Assembly (NCBI GenBank): GCA_010909165.1
Contig: MU008184.1
Span: forward strand, 124,001 to 188,000
Direction of reading: 5' to 3'
DNA from: Anthoceros angustus
Taxonomy: Eukaryota > Plantae > Anthocerotophyta
Length of the DNA stretch: 64,000 bases
The notes below the pieces were generated by a model. The model had not been told where the DNA came from and searched no databases. It saw only the letters and a program-made list of their open reading frames with translations. Both the position numbers and the translations under genes were made by a program. This document shows, piece by piece, positions 37,145-48,900 of this stretch. The number at the start of each line of letters is the position of its first letter. The first letter of the stretch is position 1.

Positions 37145-37930
37145 CTACTCGCCGCCACGGCGCCGGATCCGAGGCTCTTGTCCGGGCTTGTGGACGATGA
37201 AAGAGCAGCACTGAACCTGCCTCTTGTTGTCGAATCCCAGGACGCGGATAAAGCAGCCGGGGTAGGTCTGCTTGCAGTTCTCCACCTCCCTCAACACGGA
37301 TGTGGCGTCGGTGCAACCGAACATCGGCAGCTTCCACATTGTCCAGTACCGCCCGTCGTAGTATCCGGGCTGACCTTGCATGACACCGATGGAGCCGTTC
37401 TGCATGTTCCACCAACACCAACACATCAGCCCCACACTAGTCCTCTCATTAACGAGCTCCTAACGCACCAGCAGGGGTCCAGGCCGGCGCCACAAGCTTA
37501 CCGGGTCGAACTCGAGGCAGGGGATCCAATTCTTCTCCAACATGTAATCGATCTCCTTTGCAATCTGGTCGGAGGTGAGCGGAGGCAGGTACGAGAGGGT
37601 CTCGAACTTGGGGTTGCCGTTCGGATTCCACACCTGCGCAACGAGACGAAACCACTGATCCGTGAGCGATTCGGACCGCAAGCTCAGCAATGCGCACTCC
37701 AAGATTCCGATTCACAGCAGGGAATGGCATTGCTAGGGAGCCTTGCCGATAAGCACCTACATGCATGCAGTTCACGCGGCTGCCGTTGCCGACGGTTCTG
37801 GAGCTGAGGCCGGATGCCCTAGGCCTGCCGGAGATGGCAGCGCCGGACTTGAGGCCGACGAAGGCCCTCACGCTGGAGGCCTCCGCGATGGAGCTGCTGC
37901 GGGAGGCAGCGACAAGGAGTTGGCACTGCA
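37145..37930 (-). CDS. RBCS: Rubisco small subunit paralog, atypical or possibly pseudogene (exons ~37930-37761, 37633-37502, 37399-37145)
   Basis: Transit-like AFVGLKS..NGSRVNC|[40 protein letters not shown] and [10 protein letters not shown]. No in-frame ATG precedes the transit peptide. Confidence 0.9.
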
Positions 37931-38084
37931 CCCGACCGCAAGGATTGTGCGGTCGGGTGGGATGGGGTGCGGGACAGGATTCCACGCGAGCCTCTGGGTG
38001 AAATAAAACACACAGAATTTGGTGGAATGAACCGCCCAGATATCTGCGTATGGTACTTGTGATGGTGGTCACAATTGTTTTGAG

Positions 38085-38240
38085 GAGATGAATGTTGCCG
38101 GTATACAGCCTACTTTTGCTTGCCTTTTAGTAGAATGCATGCAGTCATGAAGGACTGGTCCACGAGGGTCGGAAGCACTTTGATTCCCTGGCTGAACAGC
38201 ATGGCATCAACCCTACTCTTGAGCATTACAATTGCATGAC
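38085..38240 (+). pseudogene. PLS-class PPR fragment (L2/S2 motifs)
   Basis: ACSHEGLVHEGRKHFDSLAEQHGINPTLEHYNCM, isolated and frameshifted upstream. Confidence 0.8.
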
Positions 38241-38429
38241 TAAACGCTGACAGCGTCGATTTCAAGAATCCTATCCTCAGAGACACTCACAAATTGTTGT
38301 ATTACAAAAAGGGTCCTGATGTGGTTCCTGTGCTCTCTCATTAATATTCATTCCCAAAACAATTCTCGTGGTAGACGTTCTCTAGAAATGTATTGATTCC
38401 TGGTGGCCCGAGATGGCGATGGTGAACAT

Positions 38430-39290
38430 CTCATTAATTCCTGGCGAGTTTCCTATGCATTTCTAATGCAGTACGTAGCTCCGTGCTTTCAAAAAACTGA
38501 TGAGAGATGGAGCTGTGGTGTTTTCCTGCAAAGCTGTAGGTAGTAAAATAGAATGTGGAGAAGCAGAAGGATTCTGGGATCAGTGGAGATGCACAACCCA
38601 GAACCAGGCACAGGACTGTTCTGATGGATCTACGTGGTCCAAAAATGTCGAGCAAGGAATTGATGAGATGTAGGGATGTGAAACAAAACAGGATTAGGAT
38701 GGGCCTTTTTCTTCCTCTACTTGAGTGAAGGCTGGCTAGCCGCGGGGCTCCCCACAGCTGGGAGTGAAGAGATGCACTTCATTGGAGTATATATGGTGAG
38801 GGATTCCCTGACACAGGGCCTCCCACGATGCATCTGGGATGTGGAAGGCAACTGTTCCTCCACAAACGCTGACCGTCGTAGGCATCCCTGCCGTCACCAA
38901 CAGAAATGGTTGGATGCATGTCTGTGCCCTCGACAGTTACCTTGTCCAGGAGTAGTATCTGTTCCGAGACCTGTGTCTTGTGATCTCATCGCTCTCCCCC
39001 GGCGTGTGTCTTCGGCGTGACGGTGTTCCAAAGCTAGTGCCTCATCAAGTATGCCTGCACGGCACAGGATATCTGTCATACATGTGTAGTGGTCCACCGT
39101 GGAAGTGATGCTGCACTGTTTGCTAATAGCCGCCAAGTATTCCCTCCTCATCTTCACCAGACCTGCATCACAGCATGGTGTTAGAATACTCAGAAACGTG
39201 GTGGTCCCTGTCTGGAGGCCAGCCTCTCTCATTCTCTGCACCAAGTCTTGGGAGGAGTAGCCTTCAATGGATGCACTCCAGGCGACAACG
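38430..39290 (-). pseudogene. PLS-class PPR fragments (L2-S2 and E-like)
   Basis: TTFLSILTPCCDAGLV..VDHYTCMTDILCRAGILDEA and a second MLDIFG.. fragment. Confidence 0.7.
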
Positions 39291-39319
39291 ACTAATGTGC
39301 TGCAACGTTCTTGTGAAAA

Positions 39320-40230
39320 TTAGCGGGAATGTATATAACCATGAAGCCAGGAAACAGAGCTATGCAAGAAGAAGGGATGGTTGCTACTCGACTCGGTGAC
39401 ATTTGAGTGACACGTGAGTTGCTACAGGCATGTGCTCAGTATAAGCAACCCAGCATTGAAGGCGGGGAAGCACCTTCATGCTCTGATGTGGTTGTGGTCA
39501 ACAGTTTGGTAATCAGGTATGAGCAAAGCGTGGCAGCACGGAGGATTTTCAGGAACTGTTATGACGGACATGGATGTCGTGATAAGGACCTCTCTCATTG
39601 CCGGGTATGACCAGCACGTGATAGGGCAGGAAGCCCTTCATCTCTAAATTGCTGTGCAGGCACGTGCAAGCGTAGGAGCCCCAGCTTTGGAGACATGGAA
39701 GCAGATTTATGCGAATCTCGGAGAACTAGGAGATCAAGCTGAAGCAGTTGTGGCCACCAGCTTGGTAAGCATGTATGGAAAGTGTTGCAGTCTGGAGGAT
39801 GCTCAGACATTGTTTGATGGACTTGCGTGGAATATTATGCCATGATTGCAGGGTATTCCCAGCAGGGCATGAGCCTGGCTGGACGCCCTTTGCCCCTACA
39901 CTGCTATGCAAGAGAGGCCATCACTACACCCAATTCAGTAACAATTGCGTGGAGATGCCCTACACCCAATTTAGTAACAATGGCGTGCCTTCTGCAGGCA
40001 TGTGCAGGTGTGGGCAGCCCCCGCCTTTGGAGATACATGGGGGAAGCAGCTTCATGCACAAATCAGAGAGCAGGGATATCAGACTGATGTGCGTTTAGCC
40101 AACACATGTATGCCAAGTGTGGCAGCGCTTGCAAGAAGATGCTTGGAGACTGTTTGATGGTCATGGTCAAAACGATGTGGTGAAATGGACTGCGCTAATT
40201 GCAGCCTGCATTCCCAGGAGAGCAGAGGGA
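39320..40230 (+). pseudogene. PLS-class PPR pseudogene, 5' part (interrupted by the CACTA element)
   Basis: VVATSLVSMYGKCCSLEDAQTLFDGL, AMIAGYSQQG and PNLVTMACLLQACA, with many frameshifts. Confidence 0.85.
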
Positions 40231-43200
40231 CACTACAACAAGTAGGGGTGTCAAGTAACGGTCGGAGTAACATTCCCATTCACGGTCTGGAAGGGCGTTA
40301 CAAAATTCTCACTTTCCCTACTCACCGGGTGTGTGGGAAAGGGTGGTCTGTGGGGCTGAGTTAATTAACCCAAAGCCTGGGACACCGCCCCTTGCCGGTC
40401 TTCGTTCCTGCCCGCGTGCGCCTATCCTTAGCCCGCCGCGTGTCCCATTTGTGCCCTTCAGCCACGTCACGCGTGCGACTCGTCAGACGGATTAAGCAGA
40501 GCAGCAGATGCGCTACAGGGCTCGAACCCTCAACCTCCCCTGCATGGGAGCACCGGTGAACCACTCCATCACCCACAGTGATACAATTATTTCCTGTTGA
40601 GCGCGGAAGTGTGCGAGTGAACGCACATTGCTTAAAGAAACAAATTATGCACTTTGGCGGCTTCGAACACTTGACCTCTCTATCCGTATCGCGGGGGGTT
40701 TCACTTCGCCGCGCCCGAGCCGCTATCCCATTGGATGGCTCCATGGCATACAAGACGTGGACGTCCGAACGGGAGGGGCGCCGCCCTGGTTTTCTTGTGC
40801 TTGCAGACTTTGTACTTTAGCTTGTCCTCGCTGGGCAGGGCACTTAGTCATTTCCTGAGAATGAAGAGAAGGCACGTTGCTTGCCATTGGGGGTTAGCCT
40901 CGCAGAGTCTCCATTGGGCCTTGGCCTCACAAGCCGTGAGTGCGATTTCCGTTGTTCACCGTGGAAATGATTTCCCTGTTGCTCTACCATGCAACGAACA
41001 TGCAGTAACGCATCGTTTGGGACTTAATTCGCATAGAAGCACATGAGAGAAGGGCAAAGTCTGAATGAAAACAGACTTTATTCGCAATGGAAGCAAATGA
41101 GACCGTAGCAAAGTCTGAATGAAAACACGCCTCGAAGACAAGCACCTAGATGTTATCTCGGCGCCTCTGCCGCCCAATTAAGCTCCCGCATGCCGTAGCG
41201 CATGCAGCAGGTTGTCCACATTTCCAAGCACGCTCACAAGCCACTCCCGATCCACCACTGCCAGGTGCTCCCGGTGCGTAGCAAGCGCCGCAGCAAGGAA
41301 CCCGCGCGCCCCTCGCAGCATTTCCATTTTGTCCACGAACCCTGGGGTTCTCTTCTTCGCCGAGCCCGCCCACCAGCGGGCATCGCTGACTGTGATCTTG
41401 TCCACACACAAGCGGAGTTCTTCCGGTCCACCTTCATGTTCATTTGAATAGAGTCCCGCCGAGCCGCCGGATAATTTTTCATCATGGCTTGATCACCAAT
41501 TGGCTTTGATCATGTCCAGATATGATGCTCCCGCCAGTGGCGATGTTCGTGACATCGCCACCAAGTTCTCTGAGACGGGCCTCGTTCTTCTCCTGTGAAA
41601 CGGCGCCGCTCCGTGGCTGTGTCCTTCTTCTCTGTTTCAAGGATGGGGCCAAAGACATGTTGTGAAAGGGGTTTCTGAGTAATCGATTTCGCCCACTTCC
41701 CTCAAGTGGGATGCGACAAGGTGACCGTGCTCTATGGCTACCTGCCCGCCTCCCGCTTGAAGATGGCTGCGATGCGTGGCGACAGATGAACACGAGGAGG
41801 GGGCAGAGGAGTGGAATGGGCTTCCGCCTCCTTCACATTGGGAGCGCTGCTGGTGGACGACATGAATTGCGGCAATCTCAGAGGGGCAAAGCAAATCACG
41901 AAGATGCCGCGATGTGTTGAACTTTTCGCTGGGGGCTTGTGAACAACTGCACCGCCGCAGTGTTCCTTGCCTGGATCGGGCGGGAAATTTTCCCACAAAG
42001 ACTTTGCCGTCTCCACTACCGAGCGCATCACCGTACCAGTACATTGGCCTGGCCTGACCGGGCGTGATATATGGCAGGTGCGGGAGGCATGACGCCTCGC
42101 CGCCGCCTGCATGTGTTTTGCTTGTCGCTGATTGAGAAGATGACATACATCGCCGACAATGAGGCGAATTTTTTCATCCGCCCCGATCGATGTTTCACAA
42201 GGTAGGGCTTACTTTGCCGAACACCGCGAGCCAATTTGGCAAGGTAAGCAATGCTTCATTTAACTTTGCTCGCCTATGGTGTTGGAAGGGCCCATTAAGG
42301 ACATCCGAGGGCGTGCATCACAATCGATAGGAATGCACATAGAAAAAGGCGCGATGCTGCCATTTCATACGTTGCCTCACGGCATACCGGGACGGAAGCA
42401 AATTTGTGACAACCGCGGCCACACCCCTCGGGACCCCCCAATGACCTACACTTTCAGCATATGTGCTAGCCTACATAAATGTCGCCAGCGCGCCGCACTT
42501 CCGCCCACTTCCTCCATCAACAATCACAGAAGGTCCCGGATGATTGCCATGAGCCGCACCCGCTTGGCCTCTTCACTCGCGCGGATCAGTGCCTCCCTAG
42601 CGAGAATGGCCTGAATCAAATCGGCGAAGGCCTCACGACGACCACGGCGTCGCGCTGCTCTTAGCATTCCAACTGCATCAAGGACCACCTGCTTGGACAA
42701 ACAATTCGCCTTAGACCATCTTCCCCAGCGCTAGCTACATCGAGGTCGACCGCGGGAAGGAGGTCTACCAGCGAGTGCTTACCACCGTGGGTTCCGGTGC
42801 GACGCGGGCGGCCCACCTCGAACTCGCCAGCCGCATTGGATCGAGTCCTCGGACTGGCCTCTCGGCGCAGAAGGTGACCACGCCCGGAGGACCGTTGTCC
42901 CTCCCGTGTGCTCCTTCGGGTTGCGCCTGTGTCCCGCCCCTCCCACCGGCACTTTCGGTCGTCGACCAGCCGATCGCATACATTGGCCTGGCCTGACCGG
43001 GCGTGATATATGGCAGGTGCGGGAGGCATGACACGCCCTCTGGTCAGTTCTGCCTGCATGTGTTTTGTGCTTGTCAGTGATTGAGAAGATGACATACATC
43101 GCCTGACAATGAGGCGAATTTTTTTCATCCGCGTCCCCGATCGATGTTTCACAAGGTAGGGCTTTACTTTGCCGAACACCGCGAGCCAATTTGGCAGTGC

Positions 43201-45939
43201 AAGCTGAATGCTTCTCACGAACTTTGCCTGCTTCATGTGCAGGTGGTTGGAAGGGCCCATTAAGGACATCCGAGGGCGTGCATCACAATCGATAGGAATG
43301 CACATAGAAAAAGGCGATGCTGCCATTTCATACGTTGCCTCACGGCATACCGGGACGGAAGCAAATTTGTGACAACCGCGGCCACACCCCTCGGGACCCC
43401 CCAATGACCTACAATTTCAGCATGTGCTAGCCTACATAAATGTCGCCGGTAGCGCCCCGCGCCCTTCCTCCATCAACAATCACGGAAGGTCCGGATGATT
43501 GCCATGAGCCGCACGCTTGGCCTCTTCACTCAGCGGATCGGTGCCTCCCGCGAGAATGGCTCGAATCAAATCGGCGAAGGCCTCACGGCGACCACGGTCA
43601 GCTCTAAGCATTCCAAGCGCATCAAGGACCACTGCTTGGACAAACAACTTGTCTTAGACCATCTTCCCGCTTACGCTACAACGGCCGCGGAAGGAGGTCT
43701 ACCAGCGAGTGCTTACCACCGTGGGTTCCGGTGCCAGAATGCGGGCGGCCCACCGAACTCCCGGCAGTTGGATCGAGTCCTCCGGACCGTCAGCGTCTCC
43801 GTGGCGCAGTGACCACGCGCTGAGGAGGACTGTCGGTTGTCCCTCCCGTGTGCTCCTCTTCGGGTTGCGCCCGGTGTCCCCGTCCCCCTCCCACTGCGTG
43901 CGCCGCTCCCTTGTGTTGCATGCCGGAGCTCTCGAGCCGCCCTCCTCGCCGAGCCGGATAATTTCGCGTGTGATCGCCTTGAATTGGCGACACCGCCTTG
44001 ATCATGTCCAGACATGATGCTCCCGCCATACGCTGTGGCTGATGTTCGTGACATCGCCACCAAGTTCTCGAGACGGGCCTCGTTCTTCTCCTGTGAAACG
44101 GGCGCGGGCTCCGGCTGTGTCCTTCTTCTGCTTTCAAGGATGGGGCCCAACAAAGATGTTGTGAAAGGGGTTTCGAGTAATCGGATTTCGGCCCACTTCT
44201 CCTCCAAGTGGGATGCGATGGTGACCGTGCCCGCTATGGCTACTCCGCCTCCCGCTGAAGATGGCTGCGGCGTGGCGGCATGATGAACACGAGGAGGAGG
44301 CAGGAGTGGAATGGGCTTCCGCCTTCACATTGGGAGCGCCCGTGGACGCTATGAATTGCGGCAATTAGAGGCAAAGCAAATCACGAAGATGCCGAAGCGT
44401 GTTGAACTTTTCTGGGGCTTGTGAACAATCGCACCGCCATGTTCCTCTCTATGTAATATGCCCGGATCGGGCGGAAATTTTCCCATCAAAGACGGCCGTC
44501 CCACACCGAGCGCCGATCGTATCGCACCGACATTGGCCCGGCTCGACCGGGCGTGATATATGGCAAAAGCGGGAGGCATGACACGCCTGCCGCTCATGTG
44601 TTTTGTGCTATACCAATGATTGAGAAGATGACATACATCGCTCGACAATGAGGCGAATTTTTTCATCCGCGCCCCGATCGATGTTTCACAAGGTAGGGCT
44701 TTACTTTGCCGAACACCGCGAGCCAATTTGGCAAGAAGCCGAATGCTTCACGAACTTTGCCGCCTATGTGTGGTTGGAAGGGCCCATTGGACATCCGAGG
44801 GCGTGCATCACAATCGATAGGAATGCACATAGAAAAAGGCGCGATGTTGCCATTTCATACTTGCCAATACCGGACGGAAGCAAATTTGTGACAATCCGCG
44901 CCACACCTCGACCCCTAATGACCTACACTTTCAAAGATAGGAGTTTACATAAATGTCGCCAACAACGCACTTCCGCCCACTTCCTCCATCAACAATCATG
45001 TAAGGTCCCGGATGATCGCCATGAGCCGCACGCTGGCCTCTTCACTGACTGCCTCCTCTAGCGAGAATGGCTCGAATCAAATCGGCGAAGGCCTCACGAC
45101 GGCGCACCGCTCTTAAGCATTCCAACCGCATCAAGGACCACCGCTGACAAACAACTTGTCTTAGACCATCTTCCCGCTTAGCTACATCGAGGTCGACCGC
45201 GGAAGGAGGTCTACCGAGTGCTTACCACCGTGGGTTCCGGCAGAATGCGGGCGGCCCACCTCGAACCCGCGTGCAGCCGATCGAGTCCTCCGTAACAAGG
45301 CCTCCCGCGCAGTGACCACGCGGGAGGACCGCTGTTGTCCCTCCTGTGCTCCTCTTCGGGTTGCGCCTGTGTCCCGCCCCTCCCACGCGTCGGCCGCCCT
45401 TGTGTTGCATGCCGGAGCTCTCGAGCGGCCGCCTCGCCTCGCCACCGTGAATGCCGCCCATCGCTCAGATTCCCGCATCAATTGCAATGCATGTCATCAC
45501 CGGAAATGAGAGATGGTTCATGTGAATTTCAGACGATTTGATACGCTACCAACAACGGCTAGCAAGGAACCAAAGTTCATGCTGAGAGGTGTAGGTGGCG
45601 GGGGTGGCCATGTCGGCGGAAGAGCTCGTCGTGAGGAACTCGTCGTCGCGATGGTTGGCGGTGGAGAACACCATCACACCAGCCCTCGTTGTTGGTGTAC
45701 GTGGTTTTGTAGGCGGAGCTGAGCGTGTGCGGGTTTGAAGGAGCTGCCTAGCTGGACCCTGGACGAGCGGGATCCTTGCACCGCCGTCTGCCGTGTAACC
45801 CCAGGTGCTTCCACGACTCCAGCCCACCGGCCGCGACCCAGAATCCGCGAGTACGCGGAACTCCCTCCGCCTAATACCATCGACACGCGGCCCCGCGCCT
45901 GCTATTTGTGGGTTCTATCACGCCTCTTTGAGCGTGTGT

Positions 45940-48900
45940 CCGCAGCATGGAGGAATGCATACCGGCATGTCATATGGTGCCCTTGCCGATTTTGCAAGAA
46001 ACGGAAACGTGTTCCGCGGATGTTGAATAGACCATCGCCTGCGACTACCGCTGGCACGGCTGGCCCGGTGAGGGTGTCGGCCTGAGGGCACCCCATCCCC
46101 TTTTCATGTCCCTGCGGTCCATGACGGCATCGACCTTGGTGTGGATGTCCATGTCGATGCCAATGTGCATGACGAGGCTGATGCCGATGACCTGGAACGT
46201 GAACATGCGGAGGCATCCGAGTCTGCCACAGACGATGACAGGGATTTCTCCGATGACCCTGGGTGTGACAATGATGACGGCTCTCCGGCCGTTGAGGGTG
46301 AAGATTCCTTTTTTGCTTGCGTGGAAGGTGATAAGCCCGGGTCCATGGAGAGGATTGTTCAAGCACAAACGCCATTGTTTCGGGCAAACTCGATCTATCC
46401 GCCACCATGCTACATGCTTGACATCCGTGCACGCTTCGATCACCACGGCATGAACGCTATCCTACGCCGCATCAATCTATATTGCAAGGAAATACCATGC
46501 CCCGCGGAAGGATCAAGCTTCATGAATCATGGCTTCTCTAAGCCTAGGTTCCCAAGATCGACGTGCCCCAAGGGCTGCATGTATAGGAGATGAAACCGAT
46601 AAGAAGTGTTGGAAATGTGGGTTGAAAAGATTCAAGAAGGGCACCTTGAAGAAAAATTCGTGGAAAAAGTGATGTGGTATTTGCCACAGAAGCGCTGCCG
46701 GATGTATATGGTGCCTTCGCCTCCCGTGAATGTGTGGCTCACCGTCTCTGAGCAACGAAGGCAAAATGAGCATAATGGCGCATACACGCTTGGGCCGCTC
46801 TCGATGCCATTGACGGCTTTGGGGTTGAAGACCGAACCTTCGATTTGGGCTCTCCAACGATGGTGTCAACCCATTTGGGCGTAAACATTCCACTTATAAT
46901 GGCTTGCTCGTGAACTATAATGTTCCTCCGTGGAAGACCATCCGCAAGGATTACATTATCACATGCGTTATCACGCCCGCATAAGGCTGAAAACCTTGAT
47001 GTCTTTTTACAGCCATTGTACGAAGACCTTCAGCGGCTTTGGATCGGAGTGGATGCCATCGACGCATCATACCCAATTGGGCATCCAATGCGAGCATTTA
47101 AGCTCAGAGCCGGCGTACTTAACACCATCACCGATTACCCGGGCATGGGGTGCTTGTGTGGGCTTCAAACATCAGGGTACATGGCATGCCATATGTGTCG
47201 GAAGCACTTGGATGCAAGGTACTCCCCACATCTGAACAAGGTGGTGTACGAAGGAGCGCGGAAGTTCCTACCGGAGGGCCATCCATTGAGAAGCGCTGAC
47301 GTACATCTTTTCAATGGTGCCATTGAAACACGGCCGCCACCTCCGCCTGCTCCGCCGGTTCAGTCGCCGATGGAGAGGTGGGCCACGCGGTGAACGAGAG
47401 CGAGCAGAACGCCTGGAACTCGCCTCCCTTCAATCGCACGGGCGCGCCCCGCGCCTGCTATTTGTGTGGTTCTATCACGCCTTTGGAGCGTGTGTGCATG
47501 GAGGAATGCAGGCATGTCATATGGTGCCCTTGCCGATTTTGCAAGAAACGGAAACGTGTTCCGCGGATGTTGAATAGACCATCGCCCGCTGACTACCCCG
47601 CTGGGTACGGCTGGCCCGGTGAGGGTGTCGATGCCTGGGAGGGCACCCCATCCCTTTCATGTCCCTGCGTCCATGACGATCGACCTTGGTGTGGATGTCC
47701 ATGTCGATGCCAATGTGCATGACGAGGCCGATGCCGATGACTGAACGTGAACATGCGGAGGCATCCGAGTCCGCAACGATGTGGATTTCGATGACCCCGG
47801 TGATAATGATGACGGCCTCCGCCGTGAGGGTGAAGATTCCTTTTGCTTGCGTGGAAGGTGATAAGCCCGGGTCCATGGAGAGGATTGTTCATATTGTTTC
47901 AAACTGATCTTGTCCGCCACCATGCTATGCTTGACATCCAGCATACTGCATCGCACGGCATGAACGCTATCCTGCACCGCATCAATCTATATTGCGGAAG
48001 GAAATACCATGCCCCGCCGGGAAGGATCAAGAAATCATGGCTTCTCTAAGCCTAGGTTCACAACAAGATCGACGTGCCCCAAGGGCTGCATGTATAGGGG
48101 CCAGCATGAAACTGACAAGAAGTGTTGGAAATGTGGGTTGAAAAGATTCAAGAAGGGCACCGAAGAAAAATTCGGGCGGAAAAAGTGATGTGGTATTTGC
48201 CGTTGGTGAAGCGTTGCCGGATGTATATGGTGCCTTCGCCTCCCGTGTGTGGCTCACCGTCTCGTGAGCAACGAAGGCAAAATGAGCATAATGGCGACAC
48301 GCCCGCCGCCTCGATGCCATTGACGGCTTTGGGGTTGAAGACCGAACCTTCGATTTGGGCTCTCCACCGATGGTGTCAACCCATTTGGGCGTAAACATTC
48401 CACTTACGCTGGTTGCGCGTGAACTATAATGTTCCGTGGAAGACCATCCGCAAGGATTACATTATCACATGCGTTATCATACCCGCCCGCATAAGGCTGA
48501 AAACCTTGATGTCTTTTACAGCCATTGTACGAAGACCTTCATTTGGATCGGAGTGGATGCCATCGACGATCATACCCAATTGGGCATCCAATGAGAGCAT
48601 TTAAGCGCGTACTTAACACCATCACCGATTACCCGGCATGGGGTGCTTGTGTGGGCTTCAAACATCGTACATGGCATGCCATATGTGTTGGAAGCACTTG
48701 GATGCAAGGTACTCCCACATCCGAACAAGGTGGTAAGGGAGCGGAAACCCTACCGGAGGCCATCCATTGAGAAGCCCGACGACATCTTTTCAATGGTGCC
48801 ATTGAACACGGCCGCCACCTCCGCCCGCTTGTTCGTGTCGCCGCCGAGATGGAGAGGTGGGCCACCGGTGAACGAGCGTAGACAAAGAACGTGGAACGTG

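Noticed and set aside
36867-37145. Long spliced C-terminal extension of RbcS (STAR-type hornwort isoform) using the T-rich tract and ORF 36867-37058
   Set aside because: The stop at 37145 precedes any good donor site. The downstream ORF is built from a ~50-bp duplication and is not coiled-coil-like.
41202-41447. Primase or HUH-like motifs (HFHF, DCD)
   Set aside because: Motif order is wrong, and the opposite strand looks more coding-like.
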